From: Halanaerobiales bacterium | GTDB lineage: Bacteria > Bacillota > Halanaerobiia > Halanaerobiales > M55B127 | DNA: 64,000 bases | NCBI GenBank assembly: GCA_018334565.1 | Contig: JAGXLU010000001.1 | Coordinates: 61,248 to 125,247, forward strand | Direction: 5' to 3' | In this document: positions 1 through 9,400 of the stretch, piece after piece | Layout of the letters: each line of letters begins with the position of its first letter | Numbering within the stretch: position 1 is the stretch's first letter | Made by a program: the position numbers and the translations under genes | Notes under the pieces: model-generated | What the model saw: the letters and a program-made list of their open reading frames with translations, nothing else | Told to the model about the DNA's origin: nothing | Database searches by the model: none

Positions 1-197
1 TCACCTGTTAATACTGCCCAAACTCCAGGCAAACTCTCTGCTTTGGTTTTATCTATATTAACAATTTTTGCGTGTGCATAAGGACTTAATTTCATTTTGG
101 CATGTAACATACCTTGTATTTCAATATCATGAACAAATTGAGCATTTCCAGTTACTTTTTCTAATGCCTTAATTCTCTTGACACTTTTACCAATCAT
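1..197 (-). CDS. XDH/aldehyde-oxidase family molybdopterin-binding large subunit, N-terminal fragment (gene runs off the window start)
   Basis: Own translation of the reverse strand from the ATG at 197 gives MIGKSVKRIKALEKVTGNAQFVHDIEIQGMLHAKMKLSPYAHAKIVNIDKTKAESLPGVWAVLTG. This is the typical N-terminus of CoxL/XdhA-type Mo subunits. It starts 8 nt after the stop of the 2Fe-2S subunit gene. It is absent from the ORF track because it is truncated. Confidence 0.75.
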   Translation of the reverse strand, partial: MIGKSVKRIKALEKVTGNAQFVHDIEIQGMLHAKMKLSPYAHAKIVNIDKTKAESLPGVWAVLTG

Positions 198-205
198 TTC
201 TTCAG

Positions 206-682
206 TCACGATTGACTACCTCCCTTCTTCTCAGCTGCACGTTTAACCGCATTTCTAATAGAATAATACCCTGTGCAGCGACAGATATTACCCGATAGAG
301 CAATATCGATATCTTCATCAGAAGGATCAGGATTTCTATCCAATAATGCCTTGGTAGACATGACCATTCCAGGTGTACAAAAACCACATTGGATCGCATT
401 CTCCTCTATAAAAGCCTCCTGAATATCACTGATCTCTTCGCCAACTGATTGTCCCTCTATCGTTTCTATATCAGAACCATCAGCTTCCACAGCTAAAATG
501 ATACAACTTGTGACAGCCTGACCGTCCATTATAACAGTACAGGCTCCACATTCACCTTCACCACAACCTTCTTTGGCACCGGTAAAATGTAACTTCTCTC
601 TCAGCATATCAAGAAGTATCTCATTATCTTTAACATCCAACTCATAATTTCTTCCATTTACTGTAAAGTTAATGGTTTTCAT
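206..682 (-). CDS. XDH-family [2Fe-2S] small subunit (CoxS/XdhC-type iron-sulfur subunit)
   Basis: 158 aa. It has the plant-type ferredoxin motif CGEGECGACTV and the second-cluster motif CGFCTPG...CRCTGY. It lies between the FAD and Mo subunit genes. Confidence 0.9.
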   Translation of the reverse strand: MKTINFTVNGRNYELDVKDNEILLDMLREKLHFTGAKEGCGEGECGACTVIMDGQAVTSCIILAVEADGSDIETIEGQSVGEEISDIQEAFIEENAIQCGFCTPGMVMSTKALLDRNPDPSDEDIDIALSGNICRCTGYYSIRNAVKRAAEKKGGSQS

Positions 683-1536
683 TACTTATCACCTGCTTTC
701 CATAGTCTGGAAAGAATTCTACGAGTATAAACCTGTGACATCTTTATCCGATATTGTTTTGTGCTGCGTACATCATCAATCGGATTAATATTTTCTTTAA
801 CCTTTTCTAATATTTTCTCTTGTTTATCTGTAAAACTTCCCACTCCAAAAAAGATCTCACTGAAATCTAAATAGACGGGGGTAGGGGCAACTGCACCCAG
901 AGCAAAGGCCAAATATTCTTCCTCTTCAGATATATATCCTGCTACACCGACTCCACTTAAATCAGGCCCTTTTGTTCTTCTTTTCTTTAAATAGGCCCCT
1001 TTGCCATCAGCAGAATGTTTTTTGACTAAAAGCCCTTTAACAATTTCATTATCTTTTAATACATTTCGTTTTACACCTGTTGCAAATTGTTCTAAAGGTA
1101 CTTGCCTGCTTTCCTCTTTACTTTCAATTACGACCCTTGTTTTGAGTACTAAAAGCCCGGGAAACATATCTGCACCAGGTGAAGTAGTACAAAGATTTCC
1201 TACAACTGTTGCTCTATTTCTAACCTGGTGAGCCGCAACTTCTAAAGCTGAATCAGCTAATATTTTATAATCCTTATTCACCAGTTCACTATCGATAATT
1301 TCATTACATGTTATTGCAGCACCTATAAATAATTCTTGATCCCTTTCTTCAATTTTAGAAAAAACTTCGATATTTTTAATATCAATAATAGTATCAGGTT
1401 TTCTCATCTTATGCTTCATATCAACGAAAAGGTCGGTACCACCTGCCAATAATGCGGTTTCACTTTCCTTATTTTCAAGTATATCAAATATTTCTTCAAG
1501 ACTTTCCGGTTTATAATATTCAAATTCATTAAGCAT
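682..1536 (-). CDS. XDH-family FAD-binding medium subunit (CoxM/XdhB-type)
   Basis: 284 aa. The LLAGGTDL FAD-binding motif, the size and the position (1-nt overlap with the 2Fe-2S gene) fit the molybdenum hydroxylase FAD subunit. Confidence 0.85.
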   Translation of the reverse strand: MLNEFEYYKPESLEEIFDILENKESETALLAGGTDLFVDMKHKMRKPDTIIDIKNIEVFSKIEERDQELFIGAAITCNEIIDSELVNKDYKILADSALEVAAHQVRNRATVVGNLCTTSPGADMFPGLLVLKTRVVIESKEESRQVPLEQFATGVKRNVLKDNEIVKGLLVKKHSADGKGAYLKKRRTKGPDLSGVGVAGYISEEEEYLAFALGAVAPTPVYLDFSEIFFGVGSFTDKQEKILEKVKENINPIDDVRSTKQYRIKMSQVYTRRILSRLWKAGDK

Positions 1537-1571
1537 TTATATACTTCACCTCCATCATTCTCATAACCAAT

Positions 1572-2504
1572 CTAAGGAACTATTCTGGTACCGGCGTTAC
1601 CGTGGACGGCCTCTAAAACATTTTCAATCGAAGTTATAATTGCCTTTTGGCCTCCACTTTCTACAAAATCAGCTGCTGCCTGTACCTTGGGTTTCATACT
1701 TCCCTCTCCAAAGTGACCCTTATTTATATGCTCTTCTATTTCTTTTATCTTAACCTCTTTCAATGCCTCTTCATCTTCTTGTCCATAGTTAATATAAGCG
1801 TTCGATACATCTGTCAATACCAAAAAGATATCCGATTTAATCTCTTGAGCTAAAAGACAGCCAGCCCTGTCTTTATCAATTACTGCTTCAATACCATGAA
1901 TTTTGTTATCTTTTTCTACAACCGGGATTCCGCCCCCACCAGAGGCTATGACAATTTCTCCGTTCCTCACTAGATCATTAATTATAGGGGCTTCTACAAT
2001 TTTTTTAGGAATAGGAGATGCTACTACTTTTCTCCAGCCTCTTCCACTATCTTCTATCCAATTTTCATTTTTTGCTTCTATCATTTTATCAGCATGTTTT
2101 TTATCATAAAATGGCCCAACAGGTTTGGTTGGATTTTGAAAAGCTTTATCATTTTTATCTACCAAAACCTGAGTAACAACGGTTGCTACATTTTTATCAA
2201 GATCAAGTTCAGTAAAAATATTATGCAAACTGTTTTGCAGCATATAACCTATAAAACCCTGTGTTTGTGAACCACAAACATCGAGAGGCATTGCTGGTAC
2301 ATCATCTTTTGCTTTATCTTGCTGAATTAAAATATTACCAACTTGAGGACCATTTCCATGGGTAATAACAACTTCATTGCCTTCGGCTATAAGTTGTGCA
2401 ATCTGTTTACTTGTTGATAATACATTATGAAACTGCTCTTCAGCTGTGCCATTTTGTCCTGGTTGCAATATTGCATTTCCACCTAAAGCGATTGTTAATT
2501 TCAT
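1572..2504 (-). CDS. arcC: carbamate kinase
   Basis: 310 aa. Hallmarks: N-terminal IALGGNAIL, ITHGNGPQVG and ASGGGGIPV. Confidence 0.9.
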   Translation of the reverse strand: MKLTIALGGNAILQPGQNGTAEEQFHNVLSTSKQIAQLIAEGNEVVITHGNGPQVGNILIQQDKAKDDVPAMPLDVCGSQTQGFIGYMLQNSLHNIFTELDLDKNVATVVTQVLVDKNDKAFQNPTKPVGPFYDKKHADKMIEAKNENWIEDSGRGWRKVVASPIPKKIVEAPIINDLVRNGEIVIASGGGGIPVVEKDNKIHGIEAVIDKDRAGCLLAQEIKSDIFLVLTDVSNAYINYGQEDEEALKEVKIKEIEEHINKGHFGEGSMKPKVQAAADFVESGGQKAIITSIENVLEAVHGNAGTRIVP

Positions 2505-2530
2505 AAAAATTCCTCCATTTGCTATCTATT

Positions 2531-2568
2531 AATTAGAAAATAAAGGAATCCTGTTTAAACAGGATTCC
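2531..2568 (-). terminator. rho-independent terminator or attenuator between the cyclase-family gene and arcC
   Basis: A perfect 10-bp stem ggaatcctgt/acaggattcc with loop ttaa lies at 2545-2568. On the minus strand it is followed by tttattttct. Confidence 0.6.
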
Positions 2569-2581
2569 CATTATATATATT

Positions 2582-3334
2582 TTATTCTTCAAATGCTACA
2601 CAACGACCGATACTTGTTTCAAGATCTACACCTTTCCAGGGGAAGAATCCTATTTTGATTCTTCTGTTTAGTATTTTATCAATTTCTCCACCTAAATTTT
2701 CAGCATGGATAATTCCTTTTGGGAATAGTTTGGTGTGCATTAGTTGCCTGCTTTCAGGATGTGAAAATACTTCATCTAAAGGCTTGCCCAAATGTTCTTC
2801 ACATTCTTCAGCAAGATCAGGTCTCAGCTTTTTACAGACTGTATTCATAGGATGATCTGCAGAACCACAATCAACACCAATCCATTTTATCTTCTTTTCT
2901 ATTGCCCATTGAGCAAATTCCATATTTGGACCGGGATGTTTCATGAAGTATCTTTCTTCATCTGCTTCTGGCTGATCCCAACCATATTTATGGTAACCAG
3001 TATTTATAACTAAAATATCATGTTCTTTAACTTCAACTCTTTCTTCAATCATCTCTGAAGTATAAATATCATAATCGCCTACAGCATCACTTAAGTCAAC
3101 TACAACTCCATCTCCAAAGAGGTCTTCTAAAGGGATACTAGCCATATCTCTTCCAGCAGTCCAGAAGTGTCTTTCTCCATCCAGATGGGTTCCAATATGA
3201 TTACTAGTTTTTATAATCTGACCATTTACTCTCTCAGTTGAAAGACGCTTAAAATACTTCATTTCTAGAGGTTCATAAGTTGGCCAAGGTGGTGTGGAAA
3301 TACCAATCTTTTGAGTTAAATCATATAATTTCAT
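2582..3334 (-). CDS. cyclase-family metal-dependent hydrolase (kynurenine formamidase / isatin hydrolase-like)
   Basis: 250 aa. It carries the family metal-binding motif HxGTHxDxxxH (HIGTHLDGERH). It lies 14 nt downstream of the AllG-like gene. Confidence 0.8.
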   Translation of the reverse strand: MKLYDLTQKIGISTPPWPTYEPLEMKYFKRLSTERVNGQIIKTSNHIGTHLDGERHFWTAGRDMASIPLEDLFGDGVVVDLSDAVGDYDIYTSEMIEERVEVKEHDILVINTGYHKYGWDQPEADEERYFMKHPGPNMEFAQWAIEKKIKWIGVDCGSADHPMNTVCKKLRPDLAEECEEHLGKPLDEVFSHPESRQLMHTKLFPKGIIHAENLGGEIDKILNRRIKIGFFPWKGVDLETSIGRCVAFEE

Positions 3335-3348
3335 TAAAATCTCTCCTT

Positions 3349-4770
3349 TTATTTAATATATTTTTGGGCAAATGCCCTAATTGCCGATTTAAAACATTCT
3401 TCGGGCGGATCTACTAAGCCTGCCCCAATCTGTCCTATACCCGGTTCTTTATGAGCAATACCGGTATTGATAGCCGGCAAAATTCCTGTTTCTATTATTT
3501 TCAATAAATCAATACCTGTTGGTGTTCCCCTGAAGTTCAGTGGGGGAATGGTGAAGTTATCATTTTCATCAACTGTGATCTCATACATATCCTTGGTAAA
3601 TCTTATAGAATCAGCAACTGTTCCTCCGACAAAACCTACTATAGCAGGAGCAGCTGCCATGGCAAAACCACCTACCGCAGCTGTCTCAGAAATCGTACTG
3701 TCTCCAAGATCAGGACAGGCATCTTCTTCTGTATAACCAGGGAAGTAAAGACCGTCAACTATTTGGGCTTCACCTACAAACCATCTATCTCCTAAACCAC
3801 TAATCCTAATTCCAAAACGGACGCCATTTCTGGCCATTGCTGTTAATACAGTACTATATTCTATTCCGTGAGCAGCATCCATAGTTGCTTTAGAAGCAGG
3901 CATCGATAGATTTAAATAAAAGTGCTCATTGCCTGCCATAAATTTAATTATTTCTTTTATTTCTTTATTTGTATAATTTGTTTCAAGTAGAAATGGAGTA
4001 ATTTCTCTGATAAAAAGTGCTGTTGCTGCTTTATTCCTATTATGCACTTCATCACCCATGTGCAATGCTTGAGAAGTAATATTTTTGAGATTAATACCAT
4101 CTGTTTTACTTAAAGCTTCTCTTAAAGCAGGTGCTAGTGATTTTTCCATCCACTTTAGTTTTTTGATCACATCCGGACCATTGGCACCAAATCTTAACAC
4201 TTTTCCAAGACCTTCATTCAATGTTGTAAATGCCTTATTACCATAAGTCTTATTTTCTACAACCCAGACCGGCATAGAAGGTGAAACTATACCTGTCATA
4301 GGACCAACAGCATTATGATGGTGAGCAGCATCAAAAGTCACCTGACCATCATCCAACATTTTACGGGCTTCTTTTTCATTTTCTGCCCAACCTTCATATA
4401 TACATGCCCCAATAGCTGCACCCTGCATTGGACCTGACATGTCTTCCCATTTTTCAGGTGGGGCAGCATGTAAAATCATCTTATCAGAAAAGTCTGGTAA
4501 AGCATCTTTAGCAGTTTGCACATCTATTACTATAGGTTCACTTTTTTGAATTTTCTCTACAGCTTTTTCATTCGCTGCTTCAATTTTATCACTGATATTT
4601 TCTATCTCATCTAAAAGACCTGCCATTTCTTTGTCTCCACCAGCTGCTGGTTTCCAATCAACCTGTACAGCATTATATCCTTCATCTTTTAAGTTTTCGG
4701 CAAAAGATTCTAGACCAATGTTTATAACATTTAACTCTTCTTTAAATAAATCTTCTAATTTCTTAGTCAT
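3349..4770 (-). CDS. DUF1116 protein, YlbE/AllG-like (putative oxamate carbamoyltransferase subunit)
   Basis: 473 aa. Size and sequence character resemble YlbE. It sits immediately after an FdrA-like gene and near a carbamate kinase, as in E. coli fdrA-ylbE-ylbF-ybcF. The call rests on recollection of the family plus synteny. Confidence 0.7.
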   Translation of the reverse strand: MTKKLEDLFKEELNVINIGLESFAENLKDEGYNAVQVDWKPAAGGDKEMAGLLDEIENISDKIEAANEKAVEKIQKSEPIVIDVQTAKDALPDFSDKMILHAAPPEKWEDMSGPMQGAAIGACIYEGWAENEKEARKMLDDGQVTFDAAHHHNAVGPMTGIVSPSMPVWVVENKTYGNKAFTTLNEGLGKVLRFGANGPDVIKKLKWMEKSLAPALREALSKTDGINLKNITSQALHMGDEVHNRNKAATALFIREITPFLLETNYTNKEIKEIIKFMAGNEHFYLNLSMPASKATMDAAHGIEYSTVLTAMARNGVRFGIRISGLGDRWFVGEAQIVDGLYFPGYTEEDACPDLGDSTISETAAVGGFAMAAAPAIVGFVGGTVADSIRFTKDMYEITVDENDNFTIPPLNFRGTPTGIDLLKIIETGILPAINTGIAHKEPGIGQIGAGLVDPPEECFKSAIRAFAQKYIK

Positions 4771-4784
4771 ATTATCTCTCCCCC

Positions 4785-6338
4785 TTAATTTAGATCACTT
4801 AAAATTTTATTTACTACGCGTACAGCCTGAACGTTAGTGGGGAGTACTTTAGCTCCAACCTCACGTAATTTTTCTTCCTGCACATGAAGATTTTGAGGAT
4901 CTTTTTCAGTCCCACATACAGAAGCAATGACTGATAAATATGCTCCCCGGTCAGCTACTTTTGTTTTTGCTTCTTTTATAGCTTTTGCAGCTTCACCGGC
5001 CGGATCCATATGAGATCCATAACCCAACACTACATCAAGAAGTATAACTGCTACCTCTTTATCTTCAGTTTCTTCAGCCATTCTTTCATTTCGCAGTGAG
5101 GGCTCAATCATGGGGTGAGGTTTGCCTTTTGTAAATTCGTCTTCACCTAGGTCAATAACTGTATTTTTAATACTTTTTAGATTTTCTTTTAAAGCAAATT
5201 CATCTTTTAACGGAGTATTAGAATAAACATCTTCATTTTCTTCAGTTAAAAGTATAACGGCTTCACTACAGAGAGTTCCGCCGGTATAAAGACCTCGTAA
5301 ATATTTTTGAGAACTGGCCATTTTTTTAGTTTCTTTTTCTGCAATCTCTGCTATTTCTTCATCTTTTAGACTGGCCGAACTTACTTCATCTTCTCCCTTG
5401 ATAAAAGCTGCTGCTTTGAGAGCTGCATCTTCTAAAGTATCAGCCCAGATTGCATCTGTACCTTTTACAACTGCAGAATCACCACCCAAGAAATTAACGA
5501 TCACGGGTTTTTTAAGTTTTTTGACTTCATCCATAATTTTTTTACTAACTTCTTTTGCTGGTGGTTTGGAAACTAAAACGATTATTTCAGTTTCTTCATC
5601 ATTTTCAAGAGCTTTCATATCCTTAATCATTTCAATGCCTTTAACCCTAGACTTGAGGTCACGGCCTCCGGTTCCAATAACCTGAGTAAGACCTACTCCT
5701 TGCCTATCGACTAAACTCGAGACGGCCTGGGCACCGGTTCCAGATGCAGCAACAATACCAACTGGCCCTCTGCTTACTACATTGGCAAAGGCAAGTGGCG
5801 CTCCATTTACAATTGCTGTACCACAATCAGGACCCATTAATAATAGATTTTTTTCTGCCGCCATCTTTTTAAGCTCGATTTCATTTTCTACTGGAACATT
5901 GTCACTAAAAAGCATTACATGTAGACCTCTTTTTAAGGCCTTTTTAGCTTCCCGAGCTGCATATTCACCCGGTACAGATATAATCACTAGATTTGAATCT
6001 GGCTGGAGGTCCAAAGCTCCATCCAGGGAACCAGGATTATATTCTTTTTCTTCATCTGAGGAAGCCTTTTTGTCTGCTAACATTTGATTAGTTTCATCGA
6101 TAGTTTTATCCAATACTTCTTTTTGACCATCTATTACTATTACAAGATCATTTGGTTTTGCAGCTTCTGCTTCTGGTAATAGCAAATTGGCATTTTTTAA
6201 TATTTCTTTATTGGCATCAGTACCCATTACAATGGTTGCTTCATTAATTCCGTCCAACGCTTTAATATCTTTAGAAATTGACATTAAGCTAACCGAATCA
6301 AAATAGGTACCCTCTTTAACAAGTGCCTTTTTAGCCAT
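4785..6338 (-). CDS. FdrA/AllF-like acyl-CoA synthetase (succinyl-CoA ligase alpha-like) family protein
   Basis: 517 aa. The N-terminus (KEGTYFDSVSLMSISKDI) resembles E. coli FdrA. Glycine-rich CoA-ligase-like segments are present (GPDCGTA, GIVAASGTG). An AAGGAG SD lies upstream. Confidence 0.8.
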   Translation of the reverse strand: MAKKALVKEGTYFDSVSLMSISKDIKALDGINEATIVMGTDANKEILKNANLLLPEAEAAKPNDLVIVIDGQKEVLDKTIDETNQMLADKKASSDEEKEYNPGSLDGALDLQPDSNLVIISVPGEYAAREAKKALKRGLHVMLFSDNVPVENEIELKKMAAEKNLLLMGPDCGTAIVNGAPLAFANVVSRGPVGIVAASGTGAQAVSSLVDRQGVGLTQVIGTGGRDLKSRVKGIEMIKDMKALENDEETEIIVLVSKPPAKEVSKKIMDEVKKLKKPVIVNFLGGDSAVVKGTDAIWADTLEDAALKAAAFIKGEDEVSSASLKDEEIAEIAEKETKKMASSQKYLRGLYTGGTLCSEAVILLTEENEDVYSNTPLKDEFALKENLKSIKNTVIDLGEDEFTKGKPHPMIEPSLRNERMAEETEDKEVAVILLDVVLGYGSHMDPAGEAAKAIKEAKTKVADRGAYLSVIASVCGTEKDPQNLHVQEEKLREVGAKVLPTNVQAVRVVNKILSDLN

Positions 6339-6350
6339 ATTAACAACTCC

Positions 6351-6390
6351 TTTTTAAAAAATCCCCACCCCATATTGATTGAGAGTGGGG
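6351..6390 (-). terminator. hairpin plus U-tract directly abutting the allF-like RBS
   Basis: The stem is ccccac (6363-6368) / gtgggg (6385-6390) with a 16-nt loop. On the minus strand it is followed by attttttaaaaa, which runs straight into the AAGGAG of the FdrA-like gene. Confidence 0.55.
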
Positions 6391-6428
6391 ATGTTATTAT
6401 CAATCAATACTAATTAATTGTTAAACAC

Positions 6429-7142
6429 CTATGGCATAACTAATTCTTCATTTTTTTCTAATAATTCATCTTCAACATCATAGTCTAATTCATTACCAAC
6501 CATTTCTTTAACATAATCTTTAACTGCTGCATTCCAATATTGCTGATCTACATAAAATACTCTTGCTCCACCCAGTTCATGCTGATATTCTGGATAGGGA
6601 TATGAAGGTTGAGCCATTCCGATACCCCATCTTTTTAGGCCATTATAGCTTTCGAATGTAGACCAAACTTCCTGATTTTTTTGTTCTTCAAAAGCATAAA
6701 CTAACTTCCTATAATAAAGGGTTGCACCAATTCTCAAACCCCTTTTAAATGCCATGGTGTGTAATGATATATTGAGATCTTTGTCTCTTACTCGTCCATT
6801 TGCAAATCCAACTATCTCACCATCAATTGCTCCTACAAATAAGTAGGGGTCTTTAAGTCTATTTCTCAAATAGCCGAGTAATTCAGCATAAATTCTGGCT
6901 CCTACGATATCATAAAAGTCCTTAGCACCAGTCTCCATAAATTTCTTGACATAATCCAATAACATCGGTATTTCTTTATCTTTAACTTCTCTAATCAACA
7001 TTGTGGAACCGTCTTTTAATTCAATCTTACATGGCTTCGGTGTAGCCATATCTAACTGTGGTGCACTTAAAAATGGTTCTAATTCCTCTACCTTAAAAGT
7101 AATTTCTTTTTGTGATACTTCAACTGGACTTTCCTTATACAT
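6429..7142 (-). CDS. hypothetical protein, divergent GNAT-like acyltransferase fold (237 aa from the SD-supported start)
   Basis: The ORF track gives 6429..7184. The internal ATG at 7142 is preceded by AAGGAGGA plus a 7-nt spacer, whereas the ATG at 7184 has no SD. The segment GEIVGFANG...LHTMAFKRGLRIGATLYYRKLVYAFE resembles the GNAT beta4-alpha3 acyl-CoA-binding region, but with a non-canonical motif. Confidence 0.5.
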   Translation of the reverse strand: MYKESPVEVSQKEITFKVEELEPFLSAPQLDMATPKPCKIELKDGSTMLIREVKDKEIPMLLDYVKKFMETGAKDFYDIVGARIYAELLGYLRNRLKDPYLFVGAIDGEIVGFANGRVRDKDLNISLHTMAFKRGLRIGATLYYRKLVYAFEEQKNQEVWSTFESYNGLKRWGIGMAQPSYPYPEYQHELGGARVFYVDQQYWNAAVKDYVKEMVGNELDYDVEDELLEKNEELVMP

Positions 7143-7343
7143 TAATAATTCCTCCTTAAAGTTTTTATAATTATATTTTTTCATATTTTTTAAACTATTT
7201 TACATAAATCATAGCTTTTTTGGGTTCTATCACTCCTTTCTACATAATATATATGCATTTAACCCTAGCTAACATTTTTAGTACTATTTTATAAATTCTC
7301 GATAATTATCAAGATTACCTTTGTAATTATTCATAAATATTTA

Positions 7344-7370
7344 GCATAAATTTTGTTAAATAATTTATGC
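7344..7370 (-). terminator. AT-rich hairpin overlapping the mmdB-like stop codon (weak terminator candidate)
   Basis: A 9-bp stem gcataaatt/aatttatgc with a 9-nt loop. The downstream tract on the minus strand is only moderately U-rich. Confidence 0.3.
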
Positions 7371-8495
7371 AAATATTGACATCATTACACCAGCTGCAAC
7401 AGCAGATCCTATAGCCCCAGCCACATTAGGACCCATAGCATGCATCAATAAATAATTGGACGAGTCAGCCTTTTGACCTTCTTTTTGAACCACACGGGCT
7501 GACATTGGAACAGCTGCAACCCCTGCAGCCCCAATCATGGGATTAACTTTACCATCAGTTAATTTATACATCAACTTACCAACTAAAAGACCTGACAGGG
7601 TTCCAATTGCGAAAGCAATAACACCTAATATGAGGATTTGAATAGTATCTATTCTTAAAAATTTATCTGCTGTGGCACTTCCTCCCACGGCAAGTCCCAA
7701 TAAAATAGTTAATATATTAATTAAAGAATTTTGCGCTGTATCACTTAATCTATCTACTACACCGCTTTCCCGAAATAAATTACCAAGCATTAACATCCCA
7801 ATCAAGGGTCCAGCTTCGGGTAAAATAATAATTACAATAATTGTAACTGCAATTGGTAAAATAATTTTCTCGCTTTTAGAAACCGGTCTAAGTTGTTTCA
7901 TTTTTGTTGTTCTTTCTTTTTTTGTAGTAACTAAATTAATTAAAGGTGGCTGAATAACAGGAACTAATGCCATATAAGAATAAGCGGCAATTGCTATCGC
8001 ACCCAACATTTTAGGAGCCAGATTTGAAGCAACATAAATTACAGCTGGCCCATTTGCTCCACCTATAATGCCTATTGAAGCAGCTTCCTGCCCCGTAAAA
8101 CCAAGTAATATTGCACCCAAAAAGGTAATAAATACCCCTATCTGGGCAGCTGCTCCTAAAAGAAGTCCTTTAGGGTCAGAAATTAAAGGACCGAAGTCTA
8201 TCATTGCACCAATTCCCATGAAGATTAATGGTGGAAATATACTTAAAGAAGCACCTTTGTAAAAATATCTTAAAAGACCAGCAGGTTGACCATTGAACGC
8301 TTCCTGCATCATACCTGTCAAGGGCAAATTAACCAGCAACATCCCAAAGGCAATCGGTACTAAGAGTAAAGGCTCATACTTTTTGACTATACCGAGATAT
8401 AATAAGACTAAAGATATTATTATCATTATAAAATGGGGTATATCTAAAGTCATTATACCGGTTTGCTGTAAAAATTCCACAAAAGCTTGTACCAA
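7365..8495 (-). CDS. mmdB: Na+-translocating decarboxylase beta subunit (OadB/MmdB/GcdB family integral membrane pump)
   Basis: 376 aa and polytopic. The sequence is typical of OadB-family beta subunits (N-terminal LQQTGI, GPLISDP, GAAAQIG, LMHAMGPNVAGAIGSAVAAGV). Confidence 0.9.
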   Translation of the reverse strand: MVQAFVEFLQQTGIMTLDIPHFIMIIISLVLLYLGIVKKYEPLLLVPIAFGMLLVNLPLTGMMQEAFNGQPAGLLRYFYKGASLSIFPPLIFMGIGAMIDFGPLISDPKGLLLGAAAQIGVFITFLGAILLGFTGQEAASIGIIGGANGPAVIYVASNLAPKMLGAIAIAAYSYMALVPVIQPPLINLVTTKKERTTKMKQLRPVSKSEKIILPIAVTIIVIIILPEAGPLIGMLMLGNLFRESGVVDRLSDTAQNSLINILTILLGLAVGGSATADKFLRIDTIQILILGVIAFAIGTLSGLLVGKLMYKLTDGKVNPMIGAAGVAAVPMSARVVQKEGQKADSSNYLLMHAMGPNVAGAIGSAVAAGVMMSIFA

Positions 8496-8527
8496 TTTTC
8501 TAACCTCCTATCATAATAAAATCTAAC

Positions 8528-8965
8528 TTATTCTATGACAACTAATGTTTCTCCTGATTCAACTTTTTGATTTTCACTTATCTTAATATTTTTAACTTTA
8601 CCAGAACCTGGTGCATAAACTTCATTTTCCATCTTCATTGCCTCTAAGACTAAAATTAAATCACCAGATTTAACTTCTTGACCTTCTGATACTTTTATTT
8701 CTAAAATCGTTCCTGCCATAGGAGCTTCCACTGCTCCCCCCTCTAAACTGGGTATAGAAGAAGGTTTTTTCTTAGCCTTTGGTTTTGTTCTAGATTTTGT
8801 TTTATTTACATCAGCAGATGAACTACTCTTAGTTTCAAAAGTTTTTTTAGTAGTTTTGCTTTTACCTTCAGCAGTATCAGTATTAACTGTTTCTGCTGTT
8901 TTTATCTCTTCTACTTCTACTTCATATTCTTCATTATTGACCTTTACTTTAAATTTCCTGCTCAT
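8528..8965 (-). CDS. mmdC: biotin carboxyl carrier subunit of the decarboxylase (MmdC/GcdC-like)
   Basis: 145 aa. The C-terminal biotinyl domain has the EAMKMENEV biotinylation motif. An S/T/K-rich linker precedes it. The start overlaps the upstream gene (ATGA). Confidence 0.85.
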   Translation of the reverse strand: MSRKFKVKVNNEEYEVEVEEIKTAETVNTDTAEGKSKTTKKTFETKSSSSADVNKTKSRTKPKAKKKPSSIPSLEGGAVEAPMAGTILEIKVSEGQEVKSGDLILVLEAMKMENEVYAPGSGKVKNIKISENQKVESGETLVVIE

Positions 8966-9378
8966 AATAACTCTCCTTTACTATTTTCTGTTAGTTTTCC
9001 ACCCCGGGCAAATTTCCCCCAAACAGAGATATTATCTTCAACCTTACTTGCTTTTCTAATTTTAAATTTGCTGCTTTTTTTAACATCTTCCCGGCTCATT
9101 ATAGCAGCTATTATGGCTGCTATTTTTTCATCTTCACGATTAATTTCAGTTTCCAGTTCTATATCTTTTCTTTGAATATCGGATCTTTCTTCGGCAAAAT
9201 CTAATTGTTCAGAATAACAAATATTTTTAACTATTCTTATTGCCAACATCAATAAATATAATATAGCAAATACTATTACCATACCCAGAATAGCAACCTG
9301 GAAACTTGAAATTAACTTCTCATTAATAGTCATTGATTGAACAAGAGACGGATCTTTTAAAAGATCTAGAGGATTCAC
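8962..9378 (-). CDS. mmdD: OadG/MmdD-like small membrane-anchor subunit
   Basis: 138 aa. The GTG start lies 7 nt after GGAGG. There is a single N-terminal TM helix ([20 protein letters not shown]) and an IAAIIAAI motif typical of the OadG family. Confidence 0.65.
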   Translation of the reverse strand: MNPLDLLKDPSLVQSMTINEKLISSFQVAILGMVIVFAILYLLMLAIRIVKNICYSEQLDFAEERSDIQRKDIELETEINREDEKIAAIIAAIMSREDVKKSSKFKIRKASKVEDNISVWGKFARGGKLTENSKGELL

Positions 9379-9400
9379 ATTAATGCCTCCTTTTTATGTT

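Noticed and set aside
8650-8830. A low-complexity Ser/Thr/Lys-rich stretch inside the biotin carrier gene, considered as a possible repeat or frameshift scar.
   Set aside because: The reading frame is continuous from the N-terminal domain to the EAMKM biotinyl domain. Flexible linkers are expected in this subunit class, and only the composition is unusual.
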